DNA of 63,436 nt, the filler included, from Rhabdomonas costata (Eukaryota), in assembly GCA_019059605.1 (NCBI GenBank). It is 34 parts of 34 records of this genome, joined end to end, with 100 filler letters (N's around TTAATTAATTAA, not from the genome) between each part and the next. Parts side by side here need not be neighbours in the genome. Positions count along the whole stretch, not along the records: positions 1 to 1,770 come from JAHMHO010009316.1; positions 1,871 to 3,639 come from JAHMHO010009317.1; positions 3,740 to 5,508 come from JAHMHO010009318.1; positions 5,609 to 7,378 come from JAHMHO010009319.1; positions 7,479 to 9,247 come from JAHMHO010009320.1; positions 9,348 to 11,116 come from JAHMHO010009321.1; 28 more parts are not named here. One strand, 5' to 3'. This document shows positions 1-10,481 of this stretch, piece by piece. The stretch's first letter is position 1. Every line of letters starts with the position of its first letter. The notes below the pieces were generated by a model. The model did not search any database. It was given only the letters and a program-made list of their open reading frames with translations, and was not told the origin of the DNA. The translations under genes and the position numbers were made by a program.

Positions 1-538
1 TTGTGGGTGTCACTGGAAAGGGTTATTGGTCAGAGAAACATGACGTGCAAGTGCTAGGGCGTGAACTTCCCACAACTTTCAAATGTACAAGTGTCATTTT
101 TGGAAGACAAGCTGCTAAACTCGAAACTCTGAAATTTATGTGCAGAAAGGACAGACTGACAATCAGAGAAGTATTTAAAGCACAGGCGCACCGAGAAAAA
201 CACCCGCAATGCGCCATCAAAAAACGCCGGACCAGTGTTTGTTTGCGGGAAGCTCAGATGAGCAACGGCACCAGCCGCGTCAGCACCATGCACCAGCCTA
301 ATGTGTGCGTGCCGGCAGACCAAGCAGTGCTTAAAGTGGCGGTTTCCCGACGATAAGGAAGCGGTACGTGTGTGCGGGTGTGTTGGGTATATAGCGCTGG
401 CTGTTGAATGATTGACTGTTGGTGACCGCAGTGGACTGGCGGGGGCCCCCGACGTTGGCCACGGTTGCTCGTCCATTTGTGGGTGAGTGGGTGGGTGCGC
501 GTGTGTGTGAAGACTTTGCAGAGAAAGCAGAGCAAAAC

Positions 539-1722
539 CTCGCGAAGGGCCAGCCTTCTTCTCCAAGATACGCTTCAGCTCCGGGGAGGCAAACACCTGG
601 GACACCAGCGCTTTCACCGAGCTGTGCGCTTGGTCCGTGCCAGGGGTCATCGTCAGCGCTGTGGGTCGTCCCCAACCCCCTCTTCCGCACACTCTGAACC
701 ACCCAAAAGACAAAAAACCATCCCAGTTGCGCTGGCCTAGCGACCTAGTTTGGTGTCTTAATCCCACAGCGTTACCCCCATCGTGTTAGCGCTGGGCCCG
801 TGGGGAAAAGCACAGCTTGATACTTGGCATGGCAGGTTGTCCAAAGGAAGTACTGTCATTTACGATACAATGAACCAAAGCCAGGGAGGTTTTGCATAAC
901 AGAGTGAGGTGTGTCAAGCCACACATCAAGAAGTCAAGTGAGAGGGGAGACCGAGGGAGTGGCGGGAGAAAGGAGCGGGATAGAGGGGAAACAAACAAGG
1001 CCAAAGAGGAAGGAAAAGAGGAAATGAAAAGGGAAGGGTCGTCACACACACCTCCTATACAGCTGCTTCGGAGGGGGGAGGGGGGGGGGCTGGGCCTCGT
1101 GCCCTCGTGCTCCAGCTCTACACGGGATATACGGGAGAACATTCCTCGGGAAGGCTCAGCTGAACCGCGAAAGATCCGATTCAGGTTGGTGTCCTCCAGG
1201 AAAAGCACAATAGACTGCATATCTGGCCTCTGAGAGAACAACACACATGTAACGGGGGGGGGGCACCTCTGCTGGGGACTAGGCGATGAAGGATCGAAAG
1301 CAACAGCCCGTCGCAGTCCCAGCGGCTGCAGCAGGCGGTGTCCCTGGCTCTTTGAATTTGATATGCTTTGCACAGGATTAAATTACCCTATTTGCCGGGA
1401 GGAATAAACGTTCCAGCAGAAACCCAGCTGAAACTGACGGAGTCGGCGACATGCAGCCAAAGGAGAGCACGCAAGAGAACGAGAGCGACCGAGATCAGAG
1501 AGAATAGAGGCGGAGCTGAGCTGCCCTATACCCACAGAAATAGCACGTCCTCAGCCGCCATCTGCGCGAAAAAAGGAGGGGAGGGCAACACACCTTCTCG
1601 ATGGGGAGAAAACATGGCTCAATGAGGTGCCTCCACACAGATGGGGGGCAGTTCTCGGGCCGGTGAGGAGGAAGCTCCCCGGCTGCCCAGGACGAGGGCA
1701 GAGCCTGCCCGTCCCGCAGGGT
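539..1722 (-). CDS. Protein kinase (TKL/tyrosine-kinase-like) C-lobe and tail, partial, multi-exon
   Basis: Exons 1722-1594 and 1229-~1103, joined by a GT-AG intron, give ...LPPHRPENCPPSVWRHLIEPCFLPIEK|RPDMQSIVLFLE, matching subdomain X-XI (PxxCPxxxxxLxxxCxxxxxxRPxxxxIxxxLE). A further exon 658-539 is inferred from phase only. Confidence 0.7.
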
Positions 1723-1770
1723 CTAAGGACACAAGCGCCCACCAACCAGATACAAGTGGACAACAAAACC

Positions 1771-1870
1771 NNNNNNNNNNNNNNNNNNNNNNNNNNNNNN
1801 NNNNNNNNNNNNNNTTAATTAATTAANNNNNNNNNNNNNNNNNNNNNNNNNNNNNNNNNNNNNNNNNNNN
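1771..1870. other. Artificial contig linker (first of 33): N44-TTAATTAATTAA-N44
   Basis: An identical 100-nt spacer with stops in all six frames recurs about every 1.87 kb (1771, 3640, 5509 ... 59700, 61570). The intervening contigs are all about 1767-1772 bp, consistent with a length-sorted concatenation. Confidence 0.99.
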
Positions 1871-2169
1871 TGTGTTGGTGCATGGGATCTGTAGTTTCTA
1901 GCGGTATGTCATGGGTTGGGTTGGGTGATGGCCACGGCTGCAGCAGCTCCCGCTGCAGCGCAACAAGCTTCACCAGAGAGCACTGAGATGCCCTCCCATT
2001 GGGGGCCCGGCCACCTGCTTCAGCACCAGTGGACACCCCGCAATGGCGCTGACACAGGTCGTTGTGTGGGACAGCTCTCACTCCACCGCTGACAGAAGCT
2101 CCGTGGCAGAGAAGCAGAAATGTGGGGAGAAGGACTTGCCCACGTAGTCCGCATCCGACGACTCTCCAA

Positions 2170-3215
2170 CCGAAAAGTCCAAAGCAGGAGGGCTCGCAGA
2201 GGGTCGCGCGACGCATTCAGGAAATAGTCTGAAACGTCGAACTCAGCAACGTCCCCCAGGCAAACGTCGGACTTGCCAGCGCAGCCAACCACCTGGCGGT
2301 GCCCACATATGCATTTGTCACATGGTGTGGGATGAGCGGACCTTACCACCTCGTTGGCATCATTGGCACGTCCAGCTTTTCGAAGGACGCCACGCAGTGG
2401 GTGAAGGTGGTGAGCCACGAAGCTTGACCTGAGGAGGTAAGCTGGAGAGCGTGCTTTCTGTTTGATGGTAAAATGAGAAGGCAGGCGGAATGGCCACATC
2501 TTGAATCCTCTGCGAGCAAACAGCTTCAATGAGTCTATGGTATGCTCTTCCCAGGCACCATGCAAAGAGCAGGGAGGGCAGAAGGTCACCTGGTACGGAT
2601 GAGTGAGAAAGGAGTCACAGTGCAGCTCGAACCATGCATGACGACAAAGAGCAATAAGTCTCTGCGGGCGCCTCTGCGGGTTGCGGTGAATCTGCAGATC
2701 CAAAAACCCGGCGACGTACACGGTCTTCAGCGCAGGTGGAAGAAAGCGCTGTTGCAAGAAACGCGGGAGGGAGGCAGCCCATCGTTCTAGCTGTGGGAAG
2801 AGCTCCTCCAAAACAGTTTGCGCACGTTCGCGGCAGCTACGAGAAACCCTGCAACACTGCTTTTTAATGTGTGAGAATCGACTGTTGCACCACATGCAGT
2901 GAAGGAAACACACATTTGAAGTGGACGCGCTTTCAAAAGAGTGGTCAGAGCTTTGCAGCACGGGAGATGCCAGTCTCGCGTCACCACGTGGCAACGAAAT
3001 CGAGGATGCCCGTGAAGAAAACTGCAGGAACACAGCACAAGACGTTCCACCGAACCTGCGGGGGTGCCAAAACTGAAGTCACGTGAGAGTAAACTGCTCG
3101 TTACCTCGAAGAGGTCATAGTTTTCATTCCAATACAAAACAGTCATTAGCTCGTCAGCAGAGAAGGTCCAGAAGTGAACGGAGGTAAAACGGCCGATATA
3201 TTCGGAGCGAGGTGA
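2170..3215 (-). CDS. Hypothetical multi-exon protein fragment
   Basis: Phase-compatible AG/GT-bounded blocks (...LYWNENYDLFE|gtaacg; ...FLTHPYQ|gtgacc; SSFVAHHLHPL...ANEV|gtaagg; cag|VVGCAGKSDVCLGD...). No family recognised. Confidence 0.4.
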
Positions 3216-3739
3216 ATCCTTCGAAAAATAGGTGGAGAGGCGGCAAGGCAAAAGCGGATCGCTGGAAGAACCTCAGAACGCGGCGTGTTGAGAAAGCAAT
3301 CGGTGACATCTCATTCAGCAAAGAAGCTGGATTGGATCCCAATGCCTTCAACCCTACGGAGGTACCACGTGAGGGGAGCCACGCCACACAAGCTGAAGTG
3401 CACCCGTGATGACAGCAAAACAAGGCGTTTGGAGCGACGAAGTTAGCAACCACCCGATCGACACCAACCCACCAACCCAGCAACCCACACCCAAATCCAC
3501 ACACTCCTACCCACTCATAAACACCCCACGTCAACCCCTCCAAACCCAACACACCACTCAAAGCACCCACTCACAAGCCACCTACACCAACCAGACATGC
3601 TCCACCTCACAGCCCTATGCACAACCAAGACCAACAACANNNNNNNNNNNNNNNNNNNNNNNNNNNNNNNNNNNNNNNNNNNNTTAATTAATTAANNNNN
3701 NNNNNNNNNNNNNNNNNNNNNNNNNNNNNNNNNNNNNNN

Positions 3740-4335
3740 GAGAAAGCCGCCGCCAGGATGGTCGAGTGGTTCGGCTGGATGTTAAAGTCTCCGGCCACCA
3801 CGACGGGGACCTCGCCGAGTGAGGAGGCCACGGCCAGGACGTCCCGCAGCAGGTCGTCATTGCGCCTGTTGACCTCGGGCGTGTAGTCGCTGGCGTAGCC
3901 GTACACGCTCATGAGGTGGAGCAGGCGGCGCCCAGAACCGTGGGGGACAGTGGCATGGCACCACCGACCCGTATCCCAGAGCTGCCGCTCCAAGTCGCCG
4001 TGCGGAGGAACAAGGCGTAGAGGAAGCCCTTGTCGTGCAAGAACAGCTACTCCTCCAGCAGTAACGCACCAGACAGAGGTGTTGCGGGAGCCCTCCAGCA
4101 GCGGCTGCGCCTTCCCCCAGGCAGCTTGCCATCCGCGTTCCCGAAGGCGGGCCGCCATGGAGCGCTGCCCCACCTCACCAAGCCTGGTCTCCTGGAGCAG
4201 CAGCACGGACCCCGGGAATGCCACCACCGCCTCAAACTGCGAGTTCAGCGAGGTGACATTGGCCGACACCACGTCCAGGTGACCCGCCGCCGGGCCGGGG
4301 GACCCGCCCCGCCGATGACGACTAGGAGTCGTCAT
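3740..4335 (-). CDS. LINE ORF2 N-terminal apurinic-like endonuclease (partial)
   Basis: APE motifs in order: VVSANV, LLLQET, GGVAVL, SVYG, VVAGDFN. The ATG at 4335 overlaps the end of ORF1. Confidence 0.9.
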
Positions 4336-5083
4336 CTTCCATGGAGTCGCGGACGGAGCTGCCTCCTTGAGGAGGCGCCGGGTTCGGGGAGCGAGATCTC
4401 GACTCGGACATTTCGGTGTCCTGGCCTGAGTCATCGGCCGATTTCTGGGCCTGCTTCTTCCAGCCGGGCTTCGAAGGCGTGCAGGTTGCGGAGGGAGCGT
4501 GGGGACGCTTAGCTTTGGCGGCGGAGGAGCCCAGGGTGGCAACTTGCGCTTCCAACGCCGCAATCCTTTGGAGGAGTTCGGCGCGTTCGGCGGCCCATCG
4601 GGGAGGGAGGAGAGTGATGGGGGCAGAAATCGGGACGGGGAGGGCTGCAGGCGCGGCTGGCGCCAGGGAGGTCGGAGCCTCGAACTGGGGGTTTTGAGGA
4701 ACTGAAGAGGAGCGCTGGGCTTTGCGTTCCTTCGCGAAGGCCTTCTTTTCGCGCTGGAGCTGCGCGCGCTCTTCCTGCAGCTTCTGCCGCTCGTTGGTCA
4801 GGGCCTCCTCGACCAGCTGTCGTAGCAGCACTTCCATGACACCGAGGCCCGGGACCGCAGGGGGTGGGGTCGGGCCGGTGGTCGGAGCCAGCCGGGGCGT
4901 ACTCCGCATGTTGGGAGTGGTGGTACCTCCGGTGGGGAGAGGTGTCTCGAGCTCGTCCTCGGAGGCGGGGACTAATGCTGGTGGGGCCCGCGGCGTCTGG
5001 GACGCACCACGGAGGCCCTTGCGGGAGGCGGCGAGATACGACTGGGCCATAGAAGGGGCAGTCCTCAGCTGGGTGCCCCCCAT
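4322..5083 (-). CDS. LINE ORF1 protein (253 aa, coiled coils, Pro/Ser-rich)
   Basis: Intact ORF with heptad-like segments (LLRQLVEEALTNERQKLQEERAQLQREKKAF; ERAELLQRIAALEAQV) directly upstream of ORF2. Confidence 0.75.
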   Translation of the reverse strand: MGGTQLRTAPSMAQSYLAASRKGLRGASQTPRAPPALVPASEDELETPLPTGGTTTPNMRSTPRLAPTTGPTPPPAVPGLGVMEVLLRQLVEEALTNERQKLQEERAQLQREKKAFAKERKAQRSSSVPQNPQFEAPTSLAPAAPAALPVPISAPITLLPPRWAAERAELLQRIAALEAQVATLGSSAAKAKRPHAPSATCTPSKPGWKKQAQKSADDSGQDTEMSESRSRSPNPAPPQGGSSVRDSMEDDDS

Positions 5084-5641
5084 GGAGGTAGGAAGGGCAG
5101 AGATCGCTATCTCGACTCGTGGTTGCTACGGTTCAGACTCACTGGTCAATTTTTTCGAAGGAAGGTGGAAGTTGTATTGCCTGTCCCTGCCCAAGGAGTG
5201 GCTTACACCAATACACAACACCTCACGAGAACTCGGCGTTTATGCATTACAACACAGCATTCATGAATGGGAGAACAGCGGACTGAGGCAAAATTAGGTG
5301 GCTGCATAGAAGGAAAAGCGTGCATTGAAATCAAACAAGAAGGAAGCAAGACGTCCCGTGAAGTGAACAAAAGAGCAAAGCACAACGCGCGGATCCCGAG
5401 TTCCACACAGGACATACAGCTGGCTCAGAAAGGGGAGGGGGCCCCCACACACGGGGTTCTCCCTCTGTTGCAGGCCGCAAAGCCTGTGGCGTCATACCCC
5501 ACCAAAAANNNNNNNNNNNNNNNNNNNNNNNNNNNNNNNNNNNNNNNNNNNNTTAATTAATTAANNNNNNNNNNNNNNNNNNNNNNNNNNNNNNNNNNNN
5601 NNNNNNNNGTGTTGGGTGTGTGTGGGGGTTGGGTTTCTCAG

Positions 5642-7353
5642 GACTGCGGGGTACGCCGGGATTGTCCGCCTGCGGTGCTCCAAGGGGGTGCGGGTGAAGG
5701 AGTACCTGGGGCACTTCCTGTGCCAGGACCCACAGGACATGGACGTGGCAGGTGCGCTACTGCTTCTCTTGTTTGTTGGGGTTGTGTCCTCTCCATGAAT
5801 GGGACTCCGGGCTCGATCCCGTTCTCTGAGGCTTCCTTTGCTCAGGAAGTTCCCATCTGTTTTACGCACTGGCTTTGTTTGCCCTCCTCCCCATTTCTTC
5901 CCGCAGGCATTGACTGTGACAAGGCTTTTCTGGCGGAGCTGCAACATGGTCTGTTTTTTCGTCTTTCGGGGTTTTATGTTTTTATGTTTTAGCAGTGTAT
6001 CGATTTAGAAGTCAGCTGAGAAGAGACAACGATGGATCGTGATGGCGTCGTGTTAAAGTCGAAAGGTCAGATGGACTTGGATCTGAAATGGCTGAAGTGG
6101 GGCACTTGCATTACGCCTGTTGTCTTTTCAGAGGAGAAGCTGGATCCTCAGGGCTTCGTGTACCTGCAGTGCGCGCTGCTGTACACCAATCGCATGGGAC
6201 GCAGGCGGCTTCGCGTTCACACCCTCCGAACCAACGTGGCCTCGAACCTTCCCAACCTTTTCCGGTACGCACAATTCTGCCCTACCAATGGTTTGAGTGA
6301 AGTTTGAGTATGCGCAGTGGTGTGCGCTGCTTCGCGTTCCGCTGGTTGAGTGAAGTGAGGTGCTATGTTTCCGCAGGGGTGCGGATCTGGATGGCACTGT
6401 GGCCTGCCTATCGCGCCGCACGGTGATCAAGGCTATCAAGTCCGGAATGCCGACGTATGTAGCCCCTGATATACTCTGCTTCTCAGTTCACGATAGTACG
6501 ACAGCACTCCGGACTCTGACATGAGGCACTGCGGAATCGTGCTGGTCTTTTCGCGTTGCTCCTTTTCTTTTTCGCTTTTCGGTCCCTATATTTGCACACA
6601 ACCCATCGGAAAGACCAAGGTCCATCCTGTCTCTCACTCCTTCCTTGCCTTTCCCTCGCTGGTTTTGGTGCACGGGTGCTCGGAACTCTGTGACTCAGAA
6701 TTAACTGGTGAGGTTGGAGAGTGGTCTTCCCTCTGGCTCCTTTTCTCTTTCATCTTGTGTTATCTGCCACAGAGCGCGGGACTCCCTCACAAACACCTGC
6801 GTGGAGCTGCTGGCGTCATACCGCCGGCACTGCGCGACGAACCCCTCTCAGGGGCAGCTTATTCTGCCGGAGGCCCTGAAACTACTGCCGATCTACTGCC
6901 TGGCCCTTATCAAGAGCAGCACCTTCCGGCAAGGTGCTTATCCCGCCTGCCCTCGTGGCACTCACGCTCGCGCGCAGACACGCATACACAGAACACTAAC
7001 ATTGCACTTCAAAATTTTTTGTGCTTCTGCTCTGCCCTTCACTGCAGTGTTTTCCTTTGGTGCCGATAGAATCTAATGTCTTCGTGTTCGAGAGAGAAAA
7101 AGAGAAGTGTGGTGGTGCCGATAAATTGGAAGGTGAAATGAAGTGTTATTTCCACCTTCGTGCATGGTTCAAGCCAATTTAATGGTAATGACAGGTGGCA
7201 GGTGGCAGGTGGTACCCTTCTCCCTTGACAGGGACCGATGTGAGACTCGACGAGCGGGTTCAGGAGATGCACGACCTTCTCGCTCTGAAGACCACTCACG
7301 TGTTAGCGTGGATCTACCCTCGCCTCTTTCCACTCCACCTGATGTCTGCTCTG
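5642..7353 (+). CDS. SEC24: COPII cargo adaptor Sec24, internal fragment, 6 exons
   Basis: GT-AG exons 5642-5751, 5907-5948, 6132-6264, 6377-6454, 6773-6933 and 7232-7353 splice in frame: RLRCSKG...YLQCALLYT...RRLRVHT...LFRGADLD...LASYRRHCA...GQLILPEALKLLPIYCLALIKS...DER...IYPRLF. Confidence 0.95.
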
Positions 7354-7478
7354 GTGTGCCCAATACCTATTCCCACACNNNNNNNNNNNNNNNNNNNNNN
7401 NNNNNNNNNNNNNNNNNNNNNNTTAATTAATTAANNNNNNNNNNNNNNNNNNNNNNNNNNNNNNNNNNNNNNNNNNNN

Positions 7479-8904
7479 AGCCCTGCCTCATCCCCACCGG
7501 CGACAACGTCGCGGCACAGAGAGATCATCGCAGATGAGCTCCATTGCGACGCCCCACCTCCTCCGCGCTCACCGCCCTCCTTCAGCAGGCGCTGCAGGTA
7601 GCCAGAGGCCTCAGAGCGTTGCCCTGCAAGCTGCCGCACGGCAGCCGCGAGGGGGACAAAAAGGGGGTGGGTGCCCACACGGCTGAACCAGTACGAACGG
7701 TAAAGAGGGCAGTGGGGCGAGGGATGCCCCAGGGCAATTTTTATTAAACCAAAGGGAGGCGAAATGTTTAGGCTGGAGCGGAGGGAACAAGGCAGTGAAA
7801 AGATCACTTGGCCTATCGGAAAACTGAGACGATAAGTGGATTTGGTATTAATGTGTACGCCGGTGTTTAGTCAACGTCCGCGCAATGGACAAGTGGGAAA
7901 CTACTGAGTGTTCACGCATGCTCATACTTACCGCAATGACAAAACCTGGGAAAATCGTTCCAACACTACCGCTGTACCCAGCAATTCAGTGCAAATCACT
8001 CCAGGGCGGTCGTCCCACTGCGGCCCCTCAGAGGGGTGTGCTGTTGTTCCAGCCCGTGCCGAACTCCCCCTCGTGCTCACCCTCGGCGCGGTGCACCAGC
8101 CCGTGCACGTAGGTGGCCTCCGCGGCGGCAGGGCTGTCGAGCACCGGCGGTGTGGCCCCGAACGCCGTAGGGGAGGGCCAGCTGAGTGGAGTGACCAGGT
8201 CATGGGCCTCGTCCAGGCCCCCGACAATGAGGTACAGCAGGGCCGCCTGTGCCCACAGTTGTTCAGCAGTAGACAGGTCTCACAGCGAAAAGCCTCAGCA
8301 ACAGTGAGTTTCTGAACTGTGTGCAGACAGGGGGCCAGCAGATCCTCAGATAGGAGGCTAAAATCTTCACCCTATTCACTGGGTGCTTTCCGGATGTGCA
8401 CCCTGGCCCCCCGGTCCATAAGCGAACCAGAGCAGGAGCCATAGCGGAAGATAAGGGATGTCGTGAGTTGGATTAGGTTGGGTCTTGAGCTGAGTTACTG
8501 GCTTCCCACCCTGGCCGAACGTATACGCCATCGGATTCTGAAGGGTTCTATCTTCGGCTCTTTTTGAGGTCATCTAGGGCCTGGGTGTTTAGAAGGTCCA
8601 TGTTTAGAGCCCAGGAAAACTTTATGCCGGCACCCACCCCGGTACATTTTCGAGAGCTTTGTGCATGTGGAAAAAAGTGAAACTGAAGAAAGTAACAAGC
8701 ACTCATACGCACCACAACAGTGGCCATGTCGGAGCTCCCCAGGGCAGAGGACTTCAGCCCTTGCACCGGCTTCGGGAGGCGGTTGGGGTCCAGTCTACCC
8801 AGGGGCTGGTAGCTCATGCTACGCCCCTGAATCTGCACTGGGCCACTTCTTAGAAGCTCCAGAACATAGGTCACAGCGGGCAGGGCGCGGGCTTCCGTGG
8901 CCAT
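7479..8904 (-). CDS. Conserved hypothetical protein of the 'LDEAH...HRxEG...NxxYWF...HP' type, 3 exons, partial
   Basis: Exon 8904-8713 (MATEARALP...ATVV|gtgcgt), exon 8246-~8040 (AALLYLIVGGLDEAHDLVTPLSW...YVHGLVHRAEGEHEGEFGTGWNNS) and exon ~7696-7479 (SYWFSRVGTHPLF...). The motif order matches an uncharacterised family I recall from bacteria and algae. Confidence 0.75.
7697..8039 (-). other. Putative non-conventional (non GT/GC-AG) intron with base-paired ends
   Basis: Needed to join GWNNS to SYWF, because read-through meets TGA three codons later. There is no AG at the acceptor in any register. Positions 8010-8029 are an imperfect inverted complement of 7705-7720. Confidence 0.7.
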
Positions 8905-9791
8905 CCCGGTGACAAAATTCAGAACAATCAAATGACCAAAAGATCAAGAAATGAGAGTGCTATCTAGAATTTCCAGGAAGTGTGAGGAGGGCTGAAAGTT
9001 GAAGAAGTCACGAGTGCAACCATGAAAAACCATAAACTTATAATATGTCACTCACTCTTTTGTAATTCTCAAACAATCAACAGCCCACACGCTGTTGATC
9101 CTTCCGGGAATGCAGAGAGCATCTTTGGAGATGGAGACACAAACAGGGGGATATACACATGCTGGTCCGGCCCAACACCGCCACCTTCAGCAACCGACCC
9201 TTGCTTTTCGATGAAGCTCGCAAGCCAAAAGTAGGTGAAAAAACACANNNNNNNNNNNNNNNNNNNNNNNNNNNNNNNNNNNNNNNNNNNNTTAATTAAT
9301 TAANNNNNNNNNNNNNNNNNNNNNNNNNNNNNNNNNNNNNNNNNNNNGTGTTGGGTGTGGTTGGTTGGTGGTTTTTATAACCGAAATAGGGCTTTTTGGA
9401 GGCCTCTTACTTCAATGATGACTCGCGGCCCAACATGGGCGATGTCCAATGCATGCATGCTCCATCTCCGTAGGCGGATTCCAGTGCGCGTGTTTTTCTT
9501 TTCGGTTTTGGATTTGTCCACGGCGGCTTTTCTTCTGGTCGCGAAATTGTGTTATTGAGGTCGGTGAGGTATCGACCAATTAGGTTTTACCGAAGGCACA
9601 TTGTTCCTGCTATGCATATGCCAGTATCGTGTGCACCCGCTTGCACAGCTAGCACAAAGTGCACAACCCATCCCGAGTGGATTTCTCAATGGGGTTGGCA
9701 GATCACTAGTGTTATATATGGGTGGGAGTATGCTCTCCCGCAGGCCCCATCGCCGACTAAAGGTCCCAACGCCACAGAGGGGAAGCAACAG

Positions 9792-10481
9792 GTCGACACC
9801 TTCTCTGCGGAGCAGAGCTCCCTCACTGCAGAGCTGACGATGCTTCGGTCTTTCCACCAACCCCTCTCGATTTCTGGCTTTTCTCACAAGATCAGAGCGG
9901 AAAGGAGCATGATTGTTGCTCCCGTTGTCGCACAAGGGGGTATTCTAGACGACAGGGAACCCATAGGACCTATGACCCTTCAAGTCAGCAATCAGCACTG
10001 TCAGGCAAATGACTCCTGATAGTGAAATGAAAGGTGTTCGGTGGATCCATCTTGTGCATTCACCGCAGCTAATCCATCACCATCCTGACATGTGCCCACC
10101 AACGAGGTCATCACTCACATCGGCTATGCCTGCTGCAATGCTCAGATTTTTTTGCCTCAGGAAGCGAAGCTTTGTCTTGAAGCAGAAGCAGAAGGAGCGG
10201 CAGGCCACAATCGCCACACTGCAGCGCCAGATCGCCGAGGTTGGACTCCAATCTCGCACTCTCTCGCGCTGCGCACCCCACGCCACTGTACGGGCACCCG
10301 AATAAAACAACAAAGACGCGAACCGTGCGAACCCTATCATGCAGTTCTCTAAGCTCACCAGCCTTCTGTCCCTTTCTGGGGAGCCTGGTTGCACAGCCAC
10401 TGTGGTGAGGGTGTTTCCTTCCACAGGCCAGGGCGGCTCTGCAGGAGTCGCCTCGGCCTTCGTCCGGGTCCGGGAGCCCGT
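9792..10481 (+). CDS. Hypothetical coiled-coil protein fragment
   Basis: Phase-compatible GT-AG exons give VDTFSAEQSSLTAELTMLR|KRSFVLKQKQKERQATIATLQRQIAE|ARAALQESP... Confidence 0.5.

Larger units (their letters stand above)
3740..5120 (-). mobile_element. Non-LTR retrotransposon (LINE, APE-type), 5' portion
   Basis: Intronless GC-rich region with a coiled-coil ORF1 followed by an ORF2 that starts with an APE endonuclease domain. It is cut by the contig end, and the 5' boundary is approximate. Confidence 0.88.

Noticed and set aside
2020-3033. 337-aa ORF (also 54-767, 50740-51567 and similar) as single-exon genes
   Set aside because: These are read-throughs of exons plus introns, or antisense shadows of GC-rich exons.
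7933-7946. Canonical-looking 14-nt micro-exon inside the non-canonical intron
   Set aside because: Including it still leaves no in-phase AG before SYWF and would disrupt the NNSxYWF motif. It is kept only as an alternative to test.
8905-8935. T-rich sequence upstream of the ATG as a genome-encoded spliced leader
   Set aside because: It does not match the euglenid or kinetoplastid SL sequences I recall.
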